Shown in pieces: positions 19,466-26,667 of a stretch of DNA of 32,000 nucleotides. The position numbers and the translations under genes are program-made. How positions within the stretch are numbered: position 1 is the first letter of the stretch; each line of letters starts with the position of its first letter. Source of the DNA: Bacteroidota bacterium. GTDB lineage: Bacteria > Bacteroidota > Bacteroidia > Cytophagales > Cyclobacteriaceae. The stretch lies in contig JAFEAM010000012.1 in assembly GCA_018266395.1 (NCBI GenBank), positions 263,786 to 295,785 of the forward strand, written 5' to 3'. The notes beneath the pieces were generated by a model, which saw only the letters and a list, made by a program, of their open reading frames with translations, did no database searches and was not told the origin of the DNA.

Positions 19466-19491
19466 AATAAAGGACAAGACAGTCCCTTATT
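19466..19491. promoter_or_regulatory. 26-bp palindromic candidate operator, AATAAAGGA-N8-TCCCTTATT
   Basis: The arms match as an inverted repeat at 8/9 positions (10/11 if extended to 19465..19492). It lies 27 nt upstream of the norB-like ATG, in the 146-bp divergent region shared with the tnaA-like gene. A near-identical copy is at 25806..25831. Confidence 0.45.
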
Positions 19492-19539
19492 ATCCTGATC
19501 ATATTGACTTAAATCAGGTGTACAGGCAACCTAATGGGA

Positions 19540-19547
19540 TATTTTTG
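19540..19547 (+). promoter_or_regulatory. possible Bacteroidota -7 promoter box (TATTTTTG = TAnnTTTG)
   Basis: This is an exact match to TAnnTTTG, 37 nt upstream of the tnaA-like ATG. I found no TTTG -33 element at the usual spacing, so support is weak. Confidence 0.3.
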
Positions 19548-19584
19548 CTACCCGGCCCATTGTCCCGGACCGGATCTAAAGATT

Positions 19585-20970
19585 ATGACGGAAAAGAAAC
19601 TAAGAACCCTGGCAGAGCCATTCAGGATCAAGATGGTGGAGCCACTCAAGATAACCACGGAAGAATACAGGGAGGAAGTACTCAAAAAGGCTGGATTTAA
19701 TCCTTTTTTGCTCAGGTCGGAGGATGTTTTTATTGACCTTCTGACGGACAGCGGTACGGGAGCCATGAGTGACCGTCAATGGGGCGGGATGATGATCGGC
19801 GATGAAAGCTATGCCGGCGCCAGAAGCTGGGAACACCTGGAGTCTGTAGTGAAGGAATTGACAGGCATGGCACATGTGCTTCCTACTCATCAGGGACGTG
19901 CCGCAGAGCGAATACTTTATGGGATACTGGGAGGCAAGGATAAAGTCTTCATCAGCAATACACACTTTGATACTACCCGCGCAAACATTGAGTTCACAGG
20001 CGCCAATGCTCTTGATATCATTCCGCCTACATCAAGAGATCCGGAAGTGGATCTCCCATTCAAAGGCAACATTGACACGGAAGAACTAGAGCGGTTGATC
20101 GTGAAGCATGGTTCTTCACAAATAGGCGCTGTGGTTATGACGGTCACAAACAATTCTTTTGGCGGTCAACCCGTAAGCATGCAGAATATGAAGGAGGTGC
20201 GTACTATTTGTGACCGCAATAAAGTATTTCTGGTTATTGACGGATGTCGCATCGCCGAGAACAGCTACTTCATTAAACATCGGGAGAATGGCTTTGCGGA
20301 TAAGACCTATGAAGAGATAGCCAAAGAGATGCTTAGACTAGGTGATGCATTCATTATGAGTGCAAAGAAGGATGGGCTGGTAAATATGGGAGGACTGCTC
20401 ACTTTAAAAGATGACGAGCTGAGCAGGAAATGCACGAACCTTCTGATTATTTCTGAAGGATTCACCACCTACGGTGGCTTGTCAGGTCGCGATATGGAGG
20501 CCATCGCCATCGGGCTGAAGGAGGTCTTCGATCCGGATTATTTACACTACCGGATCCGCAGTACTGCGTACCTGGGCGAGCATTTGCGCGCCAAGGGTGT
20601 ACCGGTGCTTTGGCCCATCGGCGGTCACGCGGTGTACATAGACGCCAAAAGACTTTATCCGAATATTCCTGTGAACGAATATCCCGGCCAGGTGCTGGTG
20701 TGTGACTTGTACGTGAAGGGAGGGATCAGGTGTGTAGAAGTGGGGAGCGTCATGTTCGGCAAATACGATGAGCGGCACCAACTGATCCCGGCTCAAAACG
20801 AACTGGTGCGGTTGGCGATTCCCCGCAGGGTATATACACAAAGTCATATCGACTATGTGCTTGATGTGTTCGATGATATTCTGGAACTGAGAAAACAGAC
20901 CCGTGGATGCCGGATCACCTATGAACCGCCTTTCCTCAGACATTTTACTTCGCAATTTGAAAGACTGTAA
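19585..20970 (+). CDS. tnaA: tryptophanase-like beta-eliminating lyase (PLP-dependent)
   Basis: The ORF runs 19534..20970, and the ATG at 19585 ('MTEKKLRTLAEPFRIKMVEP') matches the family N-terminus. The PLP-Lys motif is 'MSAKKDGLVNMGG'. Tryptophanase-type specificity positions are present: 'THFDTTR' (Asp) and C-terminal 'LRHFT' (His). Confidence 0.85.
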   Translation: MTEKKLRTLAEPFRIKMVEPLKITTEEYREEVLKKAGFNPFLLRSEDVFIDLLTDSGTGAMSDRQWGGMMIGDESYAGARSWEHLESVVKELTGMAHVLPTHQGRAAERILYGILGGKDKVFISNTHFDTTRANIEFTGANALDIIPPTSRDPEVDLPFKGNIDTEELERLIVKHGSSQIGAVVMTVTNNSFGGQPVSMQNMKEVRTICDRNKVFLVIDGCRIAENSYFIKHRENGFADKTYEEIAKEMLRLGDAFIMSAKKDGLVNMGGLLTLKDDELSRKCTNLLIISEGFTTYGGLSGRDMEAIAIGLKEVFDPDYLHYRIRSTAYLGEHLRAKGVPVLWPIGGHAVYIDAKRLYPNIPVNEYPGQVLVCDLYVKGGIRCVEVGSVMFGKYDERHQLIPAQNELVRLAIPRRVYTQSHIDYVLDVFDDILELRKQTRGCRITYEPPFLRHFTSQFERL

Positions 20971-20983
20971 ACGATAATTGACT

Positions 20984-22372
20984 ATGAAAAGAACTGTTCA
21001 GAAGAAATCATGGGCTGAGCCTTACAAGATGAAGATGGTTGAACTGCTGAATGTGACTAGCCGTCAGCAGCGGGCGAGAGCAATCAAGGATGCTGGATAC
21101 AACACTTTTCTTCTCCGGTCGGAGGATGTGTATATCGATCTGCTTACTGACAGTGGTACCAACGCCATGAGCGATCGGCAATGGTCAGCGTTTATGGTAG
21201 GTGATGAAGCTTATGCAGGGAGCGCGAGTTTCTATCGGATGGAGGCGGCCATTCAAAAACACTACGGTTACAAGTATGTCATTCCTACGCACCAGGGTCG
21301 CGGGGCAGAGAACATTTTATCCAAAGTGATGATCAAGCCGGGTGATGTGATACCGGGTAACATGTATTTCACCACTACCCGGCTCCATCAAGAACTGGCA
21401 GGCGGTAAATTTCACGATATCATAATTGATGAAGCCCACGACCCAGGGAGCGAACATCCTTTCAAGGGTAATGTTGACCTGAACAAACTGGCAGCCATCG
21501 TAAAGAAAGTGGGGGCTAAGAAGATTCCCTATGTAAGCATAGCCACCAATGTGAATATGGCGGGTGGCCAGCCAATCAGCATGAAGAACCTGAAGGAATT
21601 ACGCGCCTTCACTAAAAGGCACGGCATCAAAATTATTCACGATATGACGCGTGTAGCGGAGAATGCGTACTTCATTCAGCAAAGAGAAAAAGGTTACGAG
21701 AAAAAGAAGATACGTGACATCGTTCGGGAAATATGCGACAATACAGATGGAGCTACCATGAGTGCGAAGAAGGACGCCCTTGTGAATATTGGCGGATTCA
21801 TGGCTACCAACGACTGGAATGTGTACGAAGAAGCCCGGAACCTTGTCGTAGTCTATGAGGGTTTGCATACCTATGGCGGTTTGGCCGGCAGAGATATGGA
21901 GGCCATCGCCGTAGGAATCGGGGAAAGCCTAAACGATGAGCATCAACATGCCAGGGTGGGACAGGTGGAATACCTTGGCCATCGCATGGAGTCTTTTGGG
22001 GTCCCTATTGTGAGACCAATAGGTGGACATGGAATTTTTGTTGATGCCAAAGCTTTCCTGCCACATCTCACCCAGGATCAGTTCCCTGCTCAGACACTGG
22101 CCGCAGAGATTTTTGTTGACTCTGGCGTGCGAACTATGGAGCGGGGAATTGTCTCAGCGGGTCGCAAGCCCGATGGGACCAACTACTATCCTAAGCTCGA
22201 ACTTGTAAGGTTTACCCTGCCCAGAAGGGTTTACACGCAGGCTCATATGGACGTCGTCGCCGAATCAGCCGGATCTGTCTTTGAAAGAAGGAAGAAGATC
22301 AAAGGAATGAAAATGGTTTACGAACCAAAGTACCTGAGATTCTTTCAGGCAAGATTCGAGATGATCAAATGA
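20984..22372 (+). CDS. tpl: tyrosine phenol-lyase-like beta-eliminating lyase (PLP-dependent)
   Basis: It is very close to the remembered Citrobacter TPL sequence: 'AGYNTFLL.S.D.YIDLLTDSGTNAMSD.QW', 'GNMYFTTTRLHQE' (Thr at the phenol-binding position), PLP-Lys 'MSAKKDALVNIGG' and C-terminal 'LRFFQARF' (Phe-Phe). It starts 13 nt after the tnaA-like stop. Confidence 0.85.
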   Translation: MKRTVQKKSWAEPYKMKMVELLNVTSRQQRARAIKDAGYNTFLLRSEDVYIDLLTDSGTNAMSDRQWSAFMVGDEAYAGSASFYRMEAAIQKHYGYKYVIPTHQGRGAENILSKVMIKPGDVIPGNMYFTTTRLHQELAGGKFHDIIIDEAHDPGSEHPFKGNVDLNKLAAIVKKVGAKKIPYVSIATNVNMAGGQPISMKNLKELRAFTKRHGIKIIHDMTRVAENAYFIQQREKGYEKKKIRDIVREICDNTDGATMSAKKDALVNIGGFMATNDWNVYEEARNLVVVYEGLHTYGGLAGRDMEAIAVGIGESLNDEHQHARVGQVEYLGHRMESFGVPIVRPIGGHGIFVDAKAFLPHLTQDQFPAQTLAAEIFVDSGVRTMERGIVSAGRKPDGTNYYPKLELVRFTLPRRVYTQAHMDVVAESAGSVFERRKKIKGMKMVYEPKYLRFFQARFEMIK

Positions 22373-22399
22373 AAACACAAAAGCAAGCAGTGTGATTTT

Positions 22400-23401
22400 C
22401 TATAGCCACCCCATTTTCCTGTACCACTCTGCCGTGTGGATCAAGCCTTCCTCGAGAAGGTAGGTTGGCTTTTGTCCGGAGTCGTTCCAAAGCTCGCTGC
22501 TGTCGCACAGCCAGTTGGCACTGCTGATCTCCTTAAGTTTGTCAAGGTTAAGAAACGGCATTCTCCCGAAGGGGCGTTGAATGAATTCATTGATTCCGAC
22601 GGCCGCCTTCAGTGGTGTGAGCGGAAAACTTATGCGAAAGGTCGTTCTGCCCAAAGCCTTCCGGATAATTGCACCCAGAACCATTTTGTCATAAAACTGG
22701 CCATCCGATGCAAGATATATCGTATTCCGTCCTTTGTCTGCCAGGTGCAAAACAGATGCGGCAAGATCTTCCACATGAATCATCGAAATCATCTGACGAT
22801 GCCAGCCTAATGCTGGCTCAAAACCGCCAGCGATCATTCTGAAGAACTGAAGAAAATCCCTGTCACGCGGGCCATAAACGGCAGTCGGTCGGATAATAGT
22901 GACCGGAAAGGCACCTAATGACTCCAGATACTGCTCAGCCATCAGTTTGCTGCGTCCATAGGCAGATACTGGTTGGGGTCTGAAATCGACCTGTATGGGT
23001 TGATAAGTTGAAGGATCCCCGGGACCCATGGCTGCCAGCGAACTGATCAGTACAAACCGATCAGGTGGCTGTTGCTGTGCTGCCAGGATTCCTGCCAGGT
23101 TCCGTGTTGTTTCCACATTCACCCGTACAAAAGCCTCCTTCCGTTTTGCGTGTGTAATACCGGCATTATGGATCACATAGTTGATGCGGCCGTATTTTTC
23201 AATCAGCGCATTCATCTGCAGACTTAGCGCGGCTGGATCTTCAAGATCCAGTAACTCTACGTGAACATTTTCAGATGGAATCCACTCCCGTGAACTTGTC
23301 TTCCTCAATACCGCAATGGTTTCCCAACCCAGCTTTAGTGCCTGGTCAATAAGATGACTGCCGATGAAGCCGCTGGCGCCAGTAATGAGTACTCGTTTCA
23401 T
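22400..23401 (-). CDS. extended-SDR NAD(P)-dependent epimerase/dehydratase-family reductase (CerR-like / dehydrocapnine-reductase-like candidate)
   Basis: The ORF runs 22400..23557. The ATG at 23401 gives 'MKRVLITGASGFIGSHL' (Rossmann GxxGxxG), and the catalytic 'YGRSK' (YxxxK) is present. It is the last gene of the three-gene operon, 19 nt after the GNAT-like stop. Confidence 0.85.
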   Translation of the reverse strand: MKRVLITGASGFIGSHLIDQALKLGWETIAVLRKTSSREWIPSENVHVELLDLEDPAALSLQMNALIEKYGRINYVIHNAGITHAKRKEAFVRVNVETTRNLAGILAAQQQPPDRFVLISSLAAMGPGDPSTYQPIQVDFRPQPVSAYGRSKLMAEQYLESLGAFPVTIIRPTAVYGPRDRDFLQFFRMIAGGFEPALGWHRQMISMIHVEDLAASVLHLADKGRNTIYLASDGQFYDKMVLGAIIRKALGRTTFRISFPLTPLKAAVGINEFIQRPFGRMPFLNLDKLKEISSANWLCDSSELWNDSGQKPTYLLEEGLIHTAEWYRKMGWL

Positions 23402-23420
23402 GAACGTCGAGGTTGCCTTT

Positions 23421-24542
23421 CTACAGACTCTTGATGTAACAGCGTCTGCGCTTATGACGCCGGGCATCAAAATGATCCCAGAAAGATTGTACCAGCACGT
23501 TGTTTTCAAGTTCAGGATTAGATTCCACCTCACGAATACCAAAGGAGCGGTACGCATTCGCCACTTCTTCCATTAATACTGCGTTTACCCCTTTTCCCTG
23601 AAGATCCTTTCGAACGGCCACCAGATACAGATCGGCCACGGTATTTTTTTTCATCGCTTTCAGCAGGTGGATAAAACCGAAGGGAAAAAGTTTCCCTTTT
23701 GATTTCTGAAGTGCATCTGACAACGAAGGCATGGTTACGCCAAAGGCAGCAAGCTTTCCGTGCCTGTCAAGAATCAGGGGAACAAATGCCGGCAGGATAA
23801 ATGAGAAATATTGTTCCGTATAGTACTTGATCTGTCGATCGGTAAGGGGTACCACGCCATAAAGTTCGGCGTAGGCGGAGTTGACCAGTTCAAACAACTC
23901 TTTGGCGTATGGCAGAATGTCCTTGGCTTTCCTGGCTTTCACCACGCTGAGTCCAAAGCGTTCCCGCACTACGGCAGCCAATCTTGATACCTTTTCGGGC
24001 ATCTGTTTGGGCATTTTGATTCTGAATTCTACCCAATCAACCGCCTTGGTATAACCGAGCCGCTCCAGGTGAGCAGGGTAATAAGGGAAATTGTAGATGG
24101 TCGCTAACGTACCCACCTGGTCAAATCCCTCCACCAGCATGCCTTCGTGATCAAGGTCTGTGAAGCCAAGCGGACCATGGACGGCGGTCATGTTTTTTTC
24201 CCGGGCCCAGTCTTCTACTTTTTCAAGAAGTAATTCTACAATCTCCTGCTCGTCTTCAAAATCAAGCCAGCCGAACCTCATGTATGGGTTTTTCCACTTT
24301 TCAATGTAGGCGTGATTAAGAATGGCCGCCACTCGTCCAACAACGCTGCCATCCTTTCTAGCAAGCCAGTAACGGGCTTCACAGTAATCAAATGCCGGAT
24401 TTTTGTCCTTGCGAAGGGTATTGATCTCGTCAAAGCGGAGGGGCGGAACAAAGCAATAATTGTTCTTATAGAGAAGGTACGGGAACTCAACAAAGTCCCT
24501 TAGTTGTCGTTTAGTCTTAACTTCCTCAATGACCAGGCCCAT
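23421..24542 (-). CDS. GNAT-fold acyltransferase-like protein (candidate lipid N-acyltransferase)
   Basis: 373 aa. The C-terminal region has a GNAT motif-A-like acyl-CoA pocket, 'LVAVRKDLQGKGVNAVLMEEV'. The start overlaps the upstream alpha-oxoamine synthase stop by 17 nt. The functional call is tentative. Confidence 0.6.
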   Translation of the reverse strand: MGLVIEEVKTKRQLRDFVEFPYLLYKNNYCFVPPLRFDEINTLRKDKNPAFDYCEARYWLARKDGSVVGRVAAILNHAYIEKWKNPYMRFGWLDFEDEQEIVELLLEKVEDWAREKNMTAVHGPLGFTDLDHEGMLVEGFDQVGTLATIYNFPYYPAHLERLGYTKAVDWVEFRIKMPKQMPEKVSRLAAVVRERFGLSVVKARKAKDILPYAKELFELVNSAYAELYGVVPLTDRQIKYYTEQYFSFILPAFVPLILDRHGKLAAFGVTMPSLSDALQKSKGKLFPFGFIHLLKAMKKNTVADLYLVAVRKDLQGKGVNAVLMEEVANAYRSFGIREVESNPELENNVLVQSFWDHFDARRHKRRRCYIKSL

Positions 24543-25773
24543 GCGGTTGTAACTCCCCTACAATATCCAGTTTTTTGGCAATAACATGGATCTTGTCAAT
24601 GGCTTGTTCAATCTGTTCGCGGGTATGCGTTGCCATCAGGCTGAACCTGATGAGGGTGGCATCCTCTGCCACCGCAGGAGCTGTGATTGGATTTACAAAT
24701 ACACCTTCTTCCAGAAGTTGATTTGCGAGCATGAATGTCTTCTCATTATTGCGCACGTAGATGGGAATGATGGGTGTACATGTATTGCCGGTATCAAATC
24801 CAAGATCATGAAAAGCATGCAGGGCAAAATGGGTGTTACTCCAAAGCTGCTGGATTCTTGCCGGCTCGTGTTGAATGACCCTCAGGGCCGCAAGCGCACT
24901 GGCGGCGGCAGCAGGAGACATGCTGGCGCTGAAAATGAGTGAACGTGCCTGATGCTTAATGAAGTTGATTGTAGGCTGATCGGCTGCAATGAACCCTCCG
25001 ATGGATGCAAGTGACTTGCTGAAGGTGCCCATAATAAGATCAGTCTCATCCGTCAGACTGAAGTGTGAAGCGGTACCCCTGCCTTCAACACCGATTACAC
25101 CCAGGGAATGGGCATCATCTACCATGATGGTGGCCCCATAGTGTGCAGCGAGGCGAACCAATTCGGGCAGAGGCGCGATGTCCCCATCCATGCTGAATAT
25201 TCCATCCACGACAATCAGGATGGTTACATCCGGTTCAATGTTGCGGAGTATCCGCTCCAGAGCATTCATGTCGTTGTGACGAAATTTGACAGTACGCGCG
25301 AAGGAAAGTCTGCTGCCTTCGAGGATGCTGGCATGATCGAGCTCATCCAAGACCAGATAGTCATGCCTCCCCAGCAAACAGGGGATGGCGCCGATATTCA
25401 CCTGGAATCCGGTGCTGAAAACTACAGCAGCTTCCTTGCCCACAAATTCTGCCAATGCTTCTTCCAGTTCGATGTGTATGTCAAGGGTTCCGTTCAGAAA
25501 CCGTGAACCTGCGCACCCTGTTCCATACTTCCGGATGGCGGCAGCCGCGGCGGCTTTTACCTCAGGGTGATTAGTTAAACCGAGGTAGCTGTTGGATCCG
25601 AACATCAATACCTCCTTTCCCCCTATCCTCACCGATGTATCCTGATCTGATTCGATCACCCTGAAATATGGATACAGTTGCTGTGCCTTCAATCGTTGGG
25701 GAACGTCAAAGGCTCGTACCTTGTCATGAAGGGGATTATGTCTGCGGTTAACGGGATGGTGAGCAGTGTCCAT
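24526..25773 (-). CDS. alpha-oxoamine synthase, serine palmitoyltransferase-like (or cysteate-fatty acyltransferase-like)
   Basis: 415 aa. AOS motifs are 'GSNSYLGL', 'FSTGFQVN', 'DELDHASI', 'SMDGD', 'VDDAHSLG' and PLP-Lys 'GTFSKSLAS'. By memory, the overall pattern aligns well with Sphingomonas SPT. No biotin or threonine-degradation genes are adjacent. Confidence 0.85.
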   Translation of the reverse strand: MDTAHHPVNRRHNPLHDKVRAFDVPQRLKAQQLYPYFRVIESDQDTSVRIGGKEVLMFGSNSYLGLTNHPEVKAAAAAAIRKYGTGCAGSRFLNGTLDIHIELEEALAEFVGKEAAVVFSTGFQVNIGAIPCLLGRHDYLVLDELDHASILEGSRLSFARTVKFRHNDMNALERILRNIEPDVTILIVVDGIFSMDGDIAPLPELVRLAAHYGATIMVDDAHSLGVIGVEGRGTASHFSLTDETDLIMGTFSKSLASIGGFIAADQPTINFIKHQARSLIFSASMSPAAAASALAALRVIQHEPARIQQLWSNTHFALHAFHDLGFDTGNTCTPIIPIYVRNNEKTFMLANQLLEEGVFVNPITAPAVAEDATLIRFSLMATHTREQIEQAIDKIHVIAKKLDIVGELQPHGPGH

Positions 25774-25805
25774 TTCGGATCATCGGATCAAAAAGCAAAT
25801 AAACA

Positions 25806-25831
25806 AATAAAAGATGAAAGTATCCTTTATT
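25806..25831. promoter_or_regulatory. 26-bp palindromic candidate operator, AATAAAAGA-N8-TCCTTTATT
   Basis: The arms match as an inverted repeat at 8/9 positions. It lies 32 nt upstream of the AOS ATG (25773). It matches the norB-upstream site in 16 of 18 arm positions with the same 8-nt spacer. Confidence 0.45.
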
Positions 25832-25997
25832 ATTCAGATCGCGACACCTGGGAATAGTGGCTGAAGAGGAGTCTTTCTGCGACTGCCGGCCGTTTCCTTC
25901 GGTTGCACTCAGGAATTTAGCGGATCAGAAGCGCACTAAAATCTATTTAACTAAGTCACTTCGTAAAGGGCAGGAATGGGAATTAGCGAAACCCGCA

Positions 25998-26450
25998 TCA
26001 TCTGGATGAACGGGGGCTGTAGTTCTTCAGGTAAGCTTTTCCCTGCAGCACATCCCGGGCGGCGGACTGAATGCTGGTGTCCTTGAACACTTCTTTTAGC
26101 TTGTCTTTATAGAGTTTCACTTCGTGGTGCACAGGACAGGGAAAGGAATCGGAACATTTCTTCAGTCCAAGCGCACAGGAGCTTAACACATCATCACCAT
26201 CAATGGCCTTCACGACAGCATTGATCGGGATAGGCTTGGCTTTCGGATCCAGAAAGAAGCCGCCATTCGGTCCTTTAATGGACGAGATGATTTTCTTTCT
26301 TACAAGTGTCTGAAGAATCTTGGCGGTAAAGGGTACCGGTGAATCAATGGCACGGGCAATTTCTGGAATTCCTAGCCTGGAGCCATCTATGCTTTTCATG
26401 GCTATGAAGAGTACTGCACGGATCGCGTATTCGCAGGCCTTGGTGAACAT
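25998..26450 (-). CDS. Rrf2-family transcriptional regulator (NsrR/IscR-like, 3-Cys cluster motif)
   Basis: 150 aa. The N-terminal winged helix 'MFTKACEYAIRAVLFIA...GIPEIARAIDSPVPFTAKILQTLVRKKIISSIKGPNGGF' is typical of Rrf2 proteins. Three cysteines, C92-x6-C99-x5-C105 ('SSCALGLKKCSDSFPCPVHH'), sit where Fe-S ligands lie in NsrR/IscR. Confidence 0.9.
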   Translation of the reverse strand: MFTKACEYAIRAVLFIAMKSIDGSRLGIPEIARAIDSPVPFTAKILQTLVRKKIISSIKGPNGGFFLDPKAKPIPINAVVKAIDGDDVLSSCALGLKKCSDSFPCPVHHEVKLYKDKLKEVFKDTSIQSAARDVLQGKAYLKNYSPRSSR

Positions 26451-26667
26451 TGTTTTGTGTTTGATAGTGCCGCCCTGATACCGGAACGAACATAAAGCTA
26501 AAGAAAGGAAATGGCACTACCCCTCCTTTCAGCGGTTGGGTTTTGTTATCAATGGTATGCGTTTATTGACCACACTATACTCTCACCAATGACTAAATAG
26601 GATAATCGAAAATTGAATATTGGATATAATTTCAGCCATGAGGGCTTAACTTGTGCAATCTGGCATT

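Noticed and set aside
22373-22399. Possible terminators between convergent genes: ACAC...GTGT followed by a T-run here, and CTGT...ACAG at 6876..6901.
   Set aside because: The stems are only 4-5 bp, which is too weak to call as intrinsic terminators by eye.
24526-25773. Reading the alpha-oxoamine synthase as BioF (biotin) or Kbl (threonine degradation).
   Set aside because: No bioA/bioD/bioB or tdh genes are adjacent. The gene is fused into an operon with an acyltransferase and an SDR, and its N-terminal extension and overall pattern resemble SPT. I cannot formally exclude this reading without phylogeny.
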